The notes: generated by a model from the sequence alone, not told the origin. A stretch of DNA of 63,606 nucleotides, filler included, from Globobulimina sp. (GCA_003354225.1; 45 parts of 45 records of this genome joined end to end with filler, not necessarily neighbours in it); one strand, 5' to 3'; shown: positions 1-12,902, counted from the first letter of the whole stretch. Numbers and translations are program-made.

Positions 1-1
1 A

Positions 2-1234
2 CTCACAAGCACAGCGGTAACTTGATCCATTTGCTCAAATAAAAAATGTCAAAAAGTATATGACGACACAACATTAATCGGAACTTGGTCTGAAGATTTT
101 GCTATGAAACATTTAGGAGAAGGAGCCACAAAATCAATAAAAGCACACAAGATTTCTCCTGTGCCTATCGTTGAGATTTGAAATTTTGTGTATTCCAAGA
201 TTTGTGTTCTCGCCGGTGGACGTGGTTACAGAACTTGCAATGGGAAGAAAGGCTGCGGCCATATAAAATTTAGCATTAGCTTTAGAGAGCCTGTGGCAAC
301 AATTGTGGCAACATTTGGTAGTTCATTAAATTTCGGCAGAGGTTTTGGTTTAGAAGAGTTGAAAGAGTTACCGTTGATTGATTATGAACAACAGATCCAC
401 ATTTACGAACCTTTTTGTTTTTACATCAACAAACCCAGAAATATTCATTGGTCGTATGCTCTTGTGGATTGGGAAAACCAAAGTGTAATTACATTAAATT
501 CTGTTGGAGGCATTTAAGGAATTGTGGAGAAACATCATTTGAATTGGCTCGCACAAAATCGGGAGTTCATTTGCGGAATGATGGCAAACAAAACAAATCA
601 ACAGCCACAAAAAATCGGAGCTACATGTGATATTATTTTATCAGCAATTAAAAATTGCACACTCACTGCAGATGGTGTCGAGCATTACTCAAAAAATGTA
701 TTAATTCAACTTATGAAGGATAGAGAAATTTATGATTTATTTAAGAAATATTTCGTAACAACATCAGCGACAAGTACAGGATCAACACAAGATAAATACA
801 AGCGTCGCAAATTAAAACAAATAATGTTGAAATTCGCAAAAGATTATGAGAAGGCTTGGACACAAGTACATAAACCATTAAGTGGAGGAGAACAGAAAAG
901 GTTTGTGAAAAAAATGGAAGTAATGTGGGCTAATGAGAAACAAACTATGATCAAAGCACCTTTGGATTATAGTTTGTGTACAACGGACGAAGAAGATATA
1001 TCAGAATCAAGTGATGGTGATGATGTTTTGCAGAAAATAATCGAAAGATGTATGCAATTGGTGAAACAAGAAGGAAACCAATATGATGTCAAAGGTATAA
1101 ATAAACCAAAGGTGGAAACTTATATCCAAGCATCATGCCCAGGTAGAGCAGCAGATGCTTTTGATGGTGAACATTCAGGTTGGTTCTTCGTATTCAGAAA
1201 ACACTATGTTGTATTCGTGGAACAAGGGTTTTAA
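2..1234 (+). pseudogene. Long frame interrupted by three in-frame stops; N-terminal half weakly resembles a ubiquitin/SUMO-type cysteine protease
   Basis: ORFs 188-517 and 524-1234 share a frame; stops TGA 23-25, TGA 179-181, TAA 515-517; Cys pairs (CSNKKC, CNGKKGC) and HWSYALVDW...LNS resemble a protease His-box. Confidence 0.4.
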
Positions 1235-1317
1235 GTTCGTGACTAATATTTGATATCGTTTCTATATTTGTTTATGTTTATAACTTACTTTAAGTTTCTT
1301 TAAGTTTTTAAGTTTTT

Positions 1318-1417
1318 NNNNNNNNNNNNNNNNNNNNNNNNNNNNNNNNNNNNNNNNNNNNTTAATTAATTAANNNNNNNNNNNNNNNNNNNNNNNNNNN
1401 NNNNNNNNNNNNNNNNN
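1318..1417. other. Artificial contig spacer (44 N + TTAATTAATTAA + 44 N); first of 44 such spacers, recurring about every 1416 bp
   Basis: Same 100-bp layout throughout; intervening segments are 1317, 1316 then 1315 bp (length-sorted contigs). Confidence 0.99.
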
Positions 1418-2566
1418 TAGTAATGTGTTGTTGGTGTGTTGTTGGATTATTTTATTCGAGAGGTAATTTTTGAATCGTCGGAGGCGTTGATTATTTGTTT
1501 GGAATTTGTTTATGGCACATTTGAACATTTGATTGAGGGAAATTATTGCATTATTTTTTTGGTTGTTTATCCAGTTATTTCTGTGTAAAGTGTGTATGTC
1601 AAGATTTAGCTGATAATAGGCGCTTTGCCAATGACTTATTATTGTTTTTGTTTTAATGTTGGTGGGAACGTACCATTTGAGGTGGTATTTATCACTATTT
1701 GCGGATTGCATTAGGATTGGTTCATTGATAACATATTCATTTTTAACTATGAAATCATGTAATTTTAAGATATTGGTCGGACTTTTGTGGAAAGCATGTA
1801 GTTGTTTATAGACTGTTTGTTCCGCATTTTCTGCATTATACGGGATTTTTTTAAATCTGAGCTGGATATGATTTGAGATGTTGTTCAATATGTAAGATTT
1901 TATTGGATAATAGCGATGTTGCGGCATTCGTAAGGTGATCCAACGCAAGGATTTATCCATGATTATTTTAATGTGTTTGAAGAATTTGCGTATTCTGTAT
2001 TGGTGTTTCTCAATGAATTTGTAAAGTATTTTAGTGTTTTTATTTTTTTTTGTGCTTAACATATAACCTGTATTGCAGTCTTCTTTTCTCAGATGTTTAT
2101 AATGATTTTGGTAATTCATCACTGAGAAAGTAGTTTTATTTGTTAGAAAATATAAGTTCGTTTGTTTTGTTTGCAGTGTTGTTGAGTTATACAGAATCTG
2201 ACTGAAGTAGTTTGCGAATTCGTTTCTGCAATCTTCTTGAAGTGACGTGTTTAAGTAGTGGTTGGAACTTACTTTAAAATTAAAAGAACAATCAAAGGTA
2301 TCAATGATACAACACAAAGCACCTGGTTTGTGTAATACATTGTAAATAACAATCTCAGTGTTCACACTTAAAAAGGAAAATAAAACAAAAAAGTAATAAG
2401 AAAAAATAAGTATTGATAAAAGAGAGCTGGGGGTTGGTTTATTTACGAATACAAAGATATTTATTATTAAAAAAATGAAATAGAGCAAATAGAAGGGATT
2501 ATATTTTATAATGTTTGAGATTTGAGTGGTAGTTATATCTGGATCTTGGGCTATGATTATAGCCAT
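1418..2566 (-). CDS. Hypothetical protein, 3'-truncated
   Basis: Open frame of about 380 codons running to the contig edge; no recognisable motif. Confidence 0.35.
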
Positions 2567-2834
2567 TTTATGGCAAATGAGAACGAATGGGAATTAAAAA
2601 TCAGGTGAAACGTGTTTCTTTTTATTATTATTGTTGTTGTTGTTGGTATTGGGGGGTTGATGGACTGAGTATTCTTTGATCATTTTAAAATTGTTTGTGG
2701 TATATTCGACTCCATCTGTTTGCCAATTAATTAANNNNNNNNNNNNNNNNNNNNNNNNNNNNNNNNNNNNNNNNNNNNTTAATTAATTAANNNNNNNNNN
2801 NNNNNNNNNNNNNNNNNNNNNNNNNNNNNNNNNN

Positions 2835-4151
2835 CTAGAAATTAATGGATATTCTTTTATTTTTATGGATACGAGTGTATCCCAACTTTCACAGCCATCA
2901 ATAGTTTGAGTAAGATAAAATGAATGCAATCCTGGTTCTGAAATGAAATCAATAGTATCACCCTGATGAAAAGGAGTTTGATCACTTTCAGCAATATACC
3001 AATTAAAATCCTCTCCATTTAGTATTAACGGGAGTTCATTCTGACAAACTTCCAATTCATTGATTTCAGGTTTTCTTGTTCCACAATCAATAATCAGCTC
3101 TTTTTCATCAGAAAACTCAGAACCTCTAAAAGCATGATCGATGGATTGCACACTCCAATAATATAGGCCTGGTCTTAAGTTCATCCAATAATTTGTAGAT
3201 TGTATCATACCACGTTTGGCAATTAACCTCGTTCCATCATTAAATGCATGACTTGCTCTAACATTATCAACTCCTGGAGTAGTTCCCACTCTTAAGTTAT
3301 AAGTTCTGTTAACATATTCACTTTCACTACTTTGATTGTCTAAATGCCAATTAAAATAAACTTTAGAATCATTATATTCTGATGAGAGGTTTATTGGTTT
3401 AATATTATTTTTTCTACAATTGTTTACGAAATTGTTCTGATATATATTTAAAACATTACTACTTCCAGTTTGTATTATATCTAAATCATTATCATTGTCA
3501 AAATCTCCCCATGCAATACTAGAACTTGAGACACCCTGAAATGAATCTTGTATATGTTTTTCAAAACTGCCATCACCTGTATTTTTATAAACTTGTGATT
3601 GCCCTGATCCAGTTATAATAAGATCTAAAAAATTGTCATTATTATAGTCGCCTAGTGCTAATTGACCATAATAAACCCCAATTAATGATATGTTTGTTTG
3701 GTCAGTAAAGGAGTTATCACCATTATTCCTGTAAATCTTCGATACACTATTGTTATCTAATCCTTTTCCAGTAAGTACAACATCTAAATGACCATCATTG
3801 TTGTAATCCCCCCATTCAGCTGAACCATAATAAACATCTATTAAATTAATTTCGGCCTGTTCTGAAAACTTATCATCTCCATCGTTTCTATATATTGTGG
3901 AGATATAATTTTGGTATCCATTAAGGCCAGTCAATAAAATATCCAAATCTCCATCATTATCATAATCACCCCATGAAACAGAACCTAAGCTTGCTCCTTT
4001 TAAGCTATTGTTTTTTAATTCTGAAAATTTGCTATTCCCTTTATTCTCGTAAATTTTAAATATTTTATCTACAACATTACTGGGTACCAATATGTCAAGA
4101 TCTCCATCATTATCATAATCACCCCAGGCAACCGGACTTTGTGGATCTGGA
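2835..4151 (-). CDS. Bacterial FG-GAP/VCBS-repeat surface protein (partial), Bacteroidetes-like architecture
   Basis: Repeated WGDYDNDGDLDI / WGDYNNDGHLDV / WGDFDNDNDLDI, then TYNLRVGTTPG...YYWSVQSID and an Ig-like FYLTQTIDGCES segment; no introns. Confidence 0.85.
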
Positions 4152-4559
4152 NNNNNNNNNNNNNNNNNNNNNNNNNNNNNNNNNNNNNNNNNNNNTTAAT
4201 TAATTAANNNNNNNNNNNNNNNNNNNNNNNNNNNNNNNNNNNNNNNNNNNNATATATATTTGCCTGCTTTTTGTAATACTCGATACCGGTCTGGGCCGTG
4301 TCCTGCATTTACATTTACCACATCGTCCTAGCACCTTGGCAACTCCTAACACGAGCGACAAAAGCGATAAAAGCGACAAGCGCTCGTTTGCGCTCGTTTT
4401 AGTATTCTGTATATCAGCTAACACTCTTTAAATCTAATTCGAGCGACAAAGCGCCTGCTGTCGATTAGTTATCCCGGAAACTTTTTAGAGAAAGTTTATT
4501 TCGCACCGTTTCATTAGATCATTTTCGATCTAATTATTATTACAATACAATTGACAAAT

Positions 4560-5218
4560 ATGAGTTCTCAAAGAAATATTGACCAAGAAGAGACAGAAAA
4601 TATAGTAGTAGATGGTAAGTCTTCGACTATTTTGCACAAATAGGATCTTACGAAATACTATATCATTTATTTTCAGATGTTGACGCCACGATGCCTACGC
4701 TTTTTGGTGATGGCATGACCAGTACACCGTTTAGAAGAGTGTCGACAGCTTCAAATTTAAATTTATCGCCCTCACAAAATATTGTTGATATTACCGGAAA
4801 CGACTCAAGCAGTCCAAGCATATCTCCTCCTCAGAAAAAAATTTGTGGTCGTAACAGTGATAAGAGACAACGCAGAGCACTTTTTCATAGTCGTCAGCCA
4901 AAAAATGAGACTCCAATTGTGATTGTCGATTCAGACTCAGACAATGAAATAGTCAGTCATCCTTCTACTATGGTAAATCGCAAACCGATTGTAAATCGAT
5001 CAGACAGTAACAACTTGGATGAAAACGAACCTTTCTTGCTTGTACGTTTTTTAATCCAAACACATTTTGTTATGACAACACTGAAATTTCTTTTCTTTTT
5101 AGGACGCTCAAAAGTTACCATTGTTGGACAAAACGCCCATTACCTCTCGCGAGAAGCTGGCTTGAATAGAATTCTCTGGCCAGAAAATAGAGGGGTGGTA
5201 TCGATGTCCAAATATTAA
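4560..5218 (+). CDS. Intron-containing hypothetical eukaryotic protein (Ser-rich)
   Basis: ATG at 4560; GTAAGT...TTTCAG intron at about 4615-4676 joins in frame to ORF 4691-5218. Confidence 0.45.
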
Positions 5219-5668
5219 ATGTACTATATAGCTGACAGCTGTAGCAAGCGTTTAGATGTTTCATATACTGCTATGTTTGTTTGTTTGAAATGATTATTAT
5301 TTCAGGGCTACTTTCCCAAAAACACTTTTATTGCGCCAGAGGACATGGCAATTGCCCACAAAGAAAGGTTCTGGAACCCTAATCAAAAGTGTTATTCCTC
5401 TCATAAGAATTTACAGACCAGATTGACCCATGCACGATACAGTTGCTTGATAAATAGATATCCATACTTCTCCATGCGCTGGCTAGGGCTACATATTTCT
5501 CCGGAAACTCGTCGGCAATTAACGGCAGAACATAGACGTCATTTATGGGAACAGCTGGGAATATAAATNNNNNNNNNNNNNNNNNNNNNNNNNNNNNNNN
5601 NNNNNNNNNNNNTTAATTAATTAANNNNNNNNNNNNNNNNNNNNNNNNNNNNNNNNNNNNNNNNNNNN

Positions 5669-6985
5669 CCTACGCTGACTCTTCCTATACAATCTCCCCA
5701 TTATGTAAATTGAATTCCATCTGGTTTGATGAGATTATGGCAGTGATTTTACGGCATTGTGATAAGAAAGATAATTACTATTTTTTATGCAAAATCAATC
5801 AGCATTACCTACGCTTTGGTTGGCGTTTGAATATCCATAATCCTGAGAATAAACAATTGAATCAGTTCACATATGCCGATGCGGCTGGCGGTAGAAAATC
5901 GAAGATAGAGATTGCACAGTGTCTTACCAAGGACTTATGCATTGGGAAGACTGTCAGTTGGTTGACAAAAGCCAATGGATACGTTCCGCTGTTTACCCGT
6001 CCAAAGACAGTTGACCCCGACACAGGTGAGATCATTGACTGGCGTGTTATCAGAGATGGTACGAAAGGATCGGAAAGGAATCCGTCCATTAATATGTTGA
6101 CACCGGATGAGAAAGCGCATATTCAGTTGATGAATCTGCGAAAACTGGCGTCGTACTGCGTCATTTATTACCTTTTATGGGGCGCTGGGTTTTATTTGGC
6201 CAAAACGGATCTGAAGACTGCTTTTAGGCAGCTTCCTTTGGCTATCACTGAGCCACAGTACAGTGGATACAAATTTGATGGCTGCACTATGGTGGATTTT
6301 TATGACTTTTGGGGTACTCGCACTGGCTCCAAACACACGCAGGATTTGGGTCAGTTGGTTTGCCGGTACTTCAATATACAGAGTAACGGCTCGCAGCTAT
6401 TGTCTGATATTAATGCGGCCGTAGATGCTGCGAATGTGCAGTACTTTTATCGTAAGTTTCGAGTGGAGGTAAACAATGCACCCATCATAGATTCTGACTT
6501 TGTGTATGATAATAAATTGGTATACAAATGGAATAAGCAGTTGGTTGTACGGTGGTTATCGGCGCATTCTATGTCTGCGTTGTTACCGTTTGTTGACACC
6601 ATTTTGCGTGATGGACCGCGTTTGATTCAATGTACAGAGGATCGGATGGTGCATCGTTTGAAGGCCTCAGATTTGCAGTTGTTTCGAGATTTGCAGTTCT
6701 TTGATTGGTTGTTCATTTTGAAGGCGACGAGTAAGCGTATATTGAAGGTGATATTGAATAACTACATTGATGATTATATCATCTTTTTGCCGCCTGTATT
6801 CAGTTATGCTTCGCGATTATTTGACACTTTCTGTGCCTATTTGCATTTGATTGGCTTGGATGAACTGCCTAAAAAACGGAGAGGTCCCGTGCGGTTATTG
6901 GAGATGATTGGTTTCATCATCAACACGAAGACGATGCGAATCTCGCTCGGTGAGCATAAGATTTGGAAAATCAAACAGATGATAT
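5669..6985 (+). mobile_element. DIRS-like (tyrosine-recombinase retrotransposon) reverse transcriptase, partial, with internal insertion
   Basis: PLFTRPK...WRVIRDGT...SIN; KTDLKTAFRQLPL (motif A); DFWG (motif B); NYIDDY at 6760-6777; IGL...KKRRGP...LEMIGFIINTKTMRISL...KI resembles DIRS RT C-terminus; frame open across the whole contig. Confidence 0.85.
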
Positions 6986-7150
6986 NNNNNNNNNNNNNNN
7001 NNNNNNNNNNNNNNNNNNNNNNNNNNNNNTTAATTAATTAANNNNNNNNNNNNNNNNNNNNNNNNNNNNNNNNNNNNNNNNNNNNGATGTATAAAAAAAA
7101 ATATACACACCTTACTTTATCCTATTTTCAAAAATGTAGATATTATTGAT

Positions 7151-7912
7151 ATGTCTGTTTATCGTGGTCCGAATTATCAACTATTGCGAATGCCAGGCAA
7201 TATTAAAAAATATGACCCGTGCAGTATTAAACAACTAATAAAAGGATGTGTGCAATTCTCATTGATATCACAAATAATTTTAAATCAATGTGGTGCGCCA
7301 TCGTTACCATATATATCTGTAATCAAAGCTATATGTAATTATCGAAATGAAGTTAGTTTATTTACATCGCGGCCGATGCATACAAAATATGTTAAAATAA
7401 TTAAAGATCCAATATTTAACAATGATCATATATGTTATTGTAATGCGTCACATTCATCTAATTCTATTTTTACATTTGGATCAAGTATTAATGAAATACA
7501 ATGGAATGAAACACGATGCAATATCTGTAAATGTATTTTATCATATTCAGCATGCAATACCAACATATTGAAACATAATCCAAGAATCTATACAAATATT
7601 CAAGGATCACTCTATCAATTAGAACATCTATATAATAATCTAATTAAATTACAAATTTGTTCAAAAGATAATTATTATTTTTTATTCAAAGAAAAACAAT
7701 CGCTTCAAACAAAATGTAAATATAATGGAAACAATGAAACTGTTTTGCAATTTTCTAAAGATGTTATATGTCCTTGTAAGCATAAACCAAATTTTATTAA
7801 ACAATATCACGAAACAAGTGATATATGTAGATTTGGAGATTTTGCATTATTTTGTTCAATGTGTATGAAAAAGAATGGTTGTGGTTGGTATAATGTGTCG
7901 ACAACGTGTTAA
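7151..7912 (+). CDS. Cys-rich hypothetical protein
   Basis: 253-aa intronless ORF with multiple CxC/CxxC motifs. Confidence 0.45.
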   Translation: MSVYRGPNYQLLRMPGNIKKYDPCSIKQLIKGCVQFSLISQIILNQCGAPSLPYISVIKAICNYRNEVSLFTSRPMHTKYVKIIKDPIFNNDHICYCNASHSSNSIFTFGSSINEIQWNETRCNICKCILSYSACNTNILKHNPRIYTNIQGSLYQLEHLYNNLIKLQICSKDNYYFLFKEKQSLQTKCKYNGNNETVLQFSKDVICPCKHKPNFIKQYHETSDICRFGDFALFCSMCMKKNGCGWYNVSTTC

Positions 7913-7963
7913 GCGTAAATTAAATAAATTAAACTGAGACAATAAATTAAGTAAATTAAATAT

Positions 7964-8401
7964 TTAATCGATTCTTTGCTTTTTATTTGGTGGTTCATCC
8001 CCTGACGGAGATTCATCTCCAGATGCACTTACTTGAGACAGTGTTCGTTTTTGATTTTGAGATTTATCGTCAGATGATGGTAATAGACCAACTTGTTCGA
8101 GTACTTTTTCCGCCTCTTCAATCCATAGATCCATCATTTGTCGGGTAATATAATCCGTTTTTGTTTCACAATAAGATTTAAATGCTTTCATAACTGAAGG
8201 CACGCTACTGTTGCTTTTGATAATATAAAGTGCTAAATTAAAGTAACCGTCATTTTTGGTAAAAGGTGCGCTTGTTAAATATGGTTTTGATGAAAGTATC
8301 GCAACTAAAATACATAATAAACACTCCTTTTGTTGTTCATCGAGCTTATCAAATCTAGTTAATATGAATTTGAATTTATTTCGGATTTGTTTTTCTAATG
8401 T
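7964..8401 (-). CDS. Hypothetical protein C-terminus ending in NLS-like PPNKKQRID
   Basis: Frame open from the contig edge to the stop at 7964. Confidence 0.45.
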   Translation of the reverse strand, partial: TLEKQIRNKFKFILTRFDKLDEQQKECLLCILVAILSSKPYLTSAPFTKNDGYFNLALYIIKSNSSVPSVMKAFKSYCETKTDYITRQMMDLWIEEAEKVLEQVGLLPSSDDKSQNQKRTLSQVSASGDESPSGDEPPNKKQRID

Positions 8402-8502
8402 ANNNNNNNNNNNNNNNNNNNNNNNNNNNNNNNNNNNNNNNNNNNNTTAATTAATTAANNNNNNNNNNNNNNNNNNNNNNNNNNNNNNNNNNNNNNNNNN
8501 NN

Positions 8503-9784
8503 TGCATTCAAAAACCATTATTCTGAAGTTATACTTGCATTTCCGCGGCAATTCGATATTAAATAATAAGCATTTCTGCAATAATTGAGCGTCGCGGGCG
8601 AAGTAAAAGGAATATCCGCGCAAAAACAAACAAATTGAATAAAATAAATGATAGGTTGAACCATTCAAATCTTGCATTTGCGGCACCGAAACATTTAATA
8701 ATATCTCACAAATTGGCTTAATATGACACTGTAACAAATGTTGAATTTCTTTTTTATTTTTTTCGTCAGCAATCTCTTGGGATATTATACGCAGCGCAAA
8801 GATACAACTTTCAATACCGACTAAATTCTGAGCGGATAAGAATATATTTAAATGCTCGAGAACTTTGACAAAATATTCTTCCGCTAAAATAAAATAAATG
8901 GATATGAATAATTCGCTGGAATTGGTCTGAAAACGTGAATGTTTATCAAACTCTGCACAATGTTTACTGTGTAATAATAACGATTCTAATAACTGAATAA
9001 ACACATTTTTCCGCAATGATTTGTGTCTTTTATTGAGTGGAATGTCTTGTAATCGCAGCCAGAATGCAAAGGTTTCCGTGGTGATAATGGTGGATGAATA
9101 GGCAGTAAATTGTAAAATGAATGATATTAATTCCAAACAGGATATGTTGGCGGCACTCACTATGAAATCGATCTCATTCTCGCAAAAGTTACATATTAAA
9201 TTACATACACTTTGAAGGGTGGAGACATCATTTGTTTTAAGCGCGTTTTCTATGAAAGGTTTCAACGATGCGAATGCAGTACAAATCCTACATAATATCT
9301 TATTATATTCCACCATGTCTTCCTTTTTCGAATGAATGCCTTTTCTGGTTATTTTGATCATGGATTCCACCATAAACTGTCTGCATTGTACGACATTGTT
9401 ATTGTTATTATTTCTTGTTTTATATAATAGATACATAATATTTAATATTTCTTGCAATAAACCGATGGAGTCCATCGTTTGTAAGGTAACGTCGACAATC
9501 TTTTGTATATTGAATAAGTATTTCAGTGCAAGGATTGCATAAAATATATAAAACTTAACATTTATCCAATGTTTCAACGTGGAAAATGAGATTGCAATCA
9601 ATCGATATAAAATATGTTTATATTTTGACGCATTGAGTGAATACATGATAATGGTTAGGAATTTATCTCTGTATTGCCGCGTATTTAAAATATTTTGTGT
9701 GCGCTGAATTATGCTTTGTGAGACGTGCTGTTGTTCAAATTCCAGCGCGAAACCATTTAAAATCTCTAAATTCACACATAACAA
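8503..9784 (-). CDS. Transportin-SR/importin-13-like karyopherin (partial)
   Basis: HEAT-like helices with TFAFWLRLQD, VFIQLLESLL and IESCIFALRIISQEI, typical of the TNPO3/IPO13 family. Confidence 0.65.
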
Positions 9785-10824
9785 TGATAAATTGTTTGGT
9801 AATTTGATATTGGAACACGNNNNNNNNNNNNNNNNNNNNNNNNNNNNNNNNNNNNNNNNNNNNTTAATTAATTAANNNNNNNNNNNNNNNNNNNNNNNNN
9901 NNNNNNNNNNNNNNNNNNNTGATTACGATTAAAAAAGATTCGGGCCTGAGGGCAAAGTGCGTCGTATATGTTATCTAATAATTGTAATCTATACTTTGCC
10001 GGATATAAATAATCCAATATAATATTATTTGTATCTCCGGATGTGATATACGATCTGGTAAATTGTTCAATGACACGGAAAGTTAAATCTTCTAATGACA
10101 CGATACTGGGTCCTTTAAAAAATGGATAAAATGGGCAAATATAGTCCGTGTATTCAATTTTTGCGGTTTGGATAGTATGTAAATGTACTGATTTTCTAAT
10201 TACGTCAACGTGTTTCACCAATAATAAATAAAAGAAATATACTAATGTTTGTCTTAAAATTCGCAATGGAGCTCTGCCGAATTCTGATTTTTTGATTTGA
10301 TAGATAAGTAGTAGTGTTTTATGGGTGAAATTACTAATAAATTTATATATTGTGTTTTTTTGCAATACGTTAAATTCAGAATGTAGATATTGCAATCTTG
10401 TATTTAAGTCTTGTGGGAGACGAAAATATACGCTTGGTTTTAGGTGGTTGTTTGGGTTATCAATTGTGATTAATCGTGGTTTTAATTACCTGGTTTATTT
10501 GTATAATTTGTGTTTTATGCTTGCTCAATTATTTTGGCAAGGTGCTAGGTATGAAGTAAGTGAAGTAAGTGAAGATAAAAATGAAGTAAGTGAATTTTTG
10601 GGTATGTCACATTTATTTATTTAACAAGGGCGGCATCATAGAAATATAAATCCGATGGTCTGTTGCCAATTAATGCGGTGTTTTTTGAGGGCAATACAGT
10701 TTACCTCCGACATAATGGCTTTTGTAAAATCCAGCCTCCACTGTACCTTACCGATTTTATATCGTTTTCATACAAGTCTTGTTCAGAATTAATAGCATTG
10801 TCAGCCAACGAGTAAATGCGTACT

Positions 10825-10976
10825 TTCCCTGTAGATTGGTTACAAATGAGTTGGTTTTAGAATCGATACATTTATTCAGAAAATTTAGTATTAGGAAGGT
10901 CAATAATTTGGGCGTGGAGACGCGTACACCTTGCCCTCAATGTAAATGCCGGGGTGCGTACAAGCGTACTTTCTAA
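10825..10976 (+). repeat. Dispersed repeat, copy 1; possible non-autonomous Helitron 3' end
   Basis: About 140 bp closely similar to the reverse complement of 46727-46866; ends in hairpin GGTGCG-TACAAG-CGTACT then CTAA-T. Confidence 0.7.
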
Positions 10977-11335
10977 TATCTGAAATTCTGAACTAATTAT
11001 AAAGTACTTTCAAACCAATATACGGGGAAATTCTATTTATATTTGTCTGTAAAATAAATAGAATGTGATTAGCTCCGAAGAGCAGGCCGCATTAATTGAG
11101 ATGAAAGAGAAAATGAGCGGCCTTGAGAAAGCAATGCAAAATATTGGTAAAATGGAGAAAGACATTGATGATCAGAGAAGAGATTGGATGGAAGACATTG
11201 AATTTGTATTTGTTGATATAAATAAAGCATTAAATNNNNNNNNNNNNNNNNNNNNNNNNNNNNNNNNNNNNNNNNNNNNTTAATTAATTAANNNNNNNNN
11301 NNNNNNNNNNNNNNNNNNNNNNNNNNNNNNNNNNN

Positions 11336-12240
11336 ATCCGAAATTGTCTGCTTTAGTGTTGCTGGGTTCTAATGTCGCTTCCATCTTCACCGCGTTTCTA
11401 GGCTTACTACAAAAACCTGGCGAAAACATTCCACTCTTCCAACCTGGAATTTTTTATTTAATCATAATTTGCATCACTTTCTTGTCATTAATTGCATGGA
11501 TTTATTTGGATAGAAACTTAATTAAACCGTTTCAAACAAAACTAGCTCAGCAGAAAATGAATAGTAATATGATTCGAAACGTTTCCGAAAATAACAGAAA
11601 AAAATCTAGCAAAAACTTTTGTCTCTTGTTGTATGATGGCATTGTGCAGACTGTGAGGGTACCTATTTGGTGGAGGAAAGTTTATAAATATGCTGTTTTG
11701 GATAGTTATATTCAAGTTATAACATGGACCTTTATACGGTCAACACTGCCATATGCCATATCACACTCTGTTAGATCCGGTGGCGGTGAAAGTACAGAGC
11801 AGTATGCAATTGAGTTAAGTTGTGCAAATCTGAAATGTTCTGAAAGTCTGAAACAATAAAAATAATTCAATTACAGATTAAGTTATGTGGCTGTAATGTT
11901 GGGTAGTTTGACTGCTGTATTTGTTCCGATTAAAGCATGGAAAGCATTTGTAGCTTTTGTGGTTATTTTTAGCGTTTTTGGATTGGTATTTATTGTATTT
12001 GTTATAGATAATGTCAGGCATTTGTTATTTGATGGAGAGAGTGTATTGATTGTGATTATTGTATTTTGTATGAGATATATTGATGGATATCTATCACCCT
12101 TAATATTTAAGTGTGTTGCAGAACTATTTCCCAATGAAAGTATGGAAATGAATAAATGGATTGCAGGGATTGAGAAATTGTTGGCTTTTTCTGGTATTTG
12201 GATCATATATGCATTTGTTGAATCGGGAGCCATTTATTGA
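11336..12240 (+). CDS. Multi-pass membrane protein (transporter-like), 5'-partial, intron 11814-11876
   Basis: 63-bp GT...CAG intron joins ORFs 11344 and 11887 in frame; several hydrophobic helices. Confidence 0.7.
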
Positions 12241-12902
12241 GTTAATGTATCAGACAAACAAACAAACACTTTGTAGATAAAAACTTTGCTCTTACTCAGT
12301 ACTAACTCGTTACTAAAGCAAATGAAATTCCTGCAGACATATGTCGCCTTATTTAATAGTGACCTAGTCATCGTTAACAGTCATGAATTCATAATGTTTT
12401 TATGGAAAGTTGGAAACAGCGACTTAGAGGCAAACAAACACTCTGAAAATATAGAATTATGATGAAGTATACAGGACCAAACCCTTAAACAAGTTTTAAA
12501 ACAAACAATGTGTAAAAAGAAATACAAAAATACATAAATACATAAATACACAAATATAAAATAAAAATACAAACAATGTAATTTGATTAATATATAAATA
12601 GAGCTAATATAGTATAATGAATGATGTTCATTCATTTTCTTCATTTAACCANNNNNNNNNNNNNNNNNNNNNNNNNNNNNNNNNNNNNNNNNNNNTTAAT
12701 TAATTAANNNNNNNNNNNNNNNNNNNNNNNNNNNNNNNNNNNNNNNNNNNNATTTATTTTTATTACACTTTTATTTATGTTCCAATAACAATCTTAGACC
12801 GTGTCCATCTACGATGACATCCATCCCATCAAAAAAGAATCAGTTAACTTCCCTAATATTCTCCATATTTATTATACAACACTAGTACTCGTACACGGAT
12901 AG

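Noticed and set aside
4350-4452. AGCGAYAA short repeats upstream of the gene at 4560
   Set aside because: Only about four short units with no spacer structure; cannot assign a function
5669-6985. RT as retron, DGR, group II intron or other bacterial defence RT
   Set aside because: Motifs (PK..WRVI.D...SIN; LEMIGFIINTKTMRISL) fit the DIRS class; no msr/msd, TR/VR or intron domain V visible
12381-12644. Short hydrophobic ORFs in AT-rich tracts (also 31175-31360, 34095-34289, 63346-63603)
   Set aside because: Compositional artefacts of T-rich non-coding DNA
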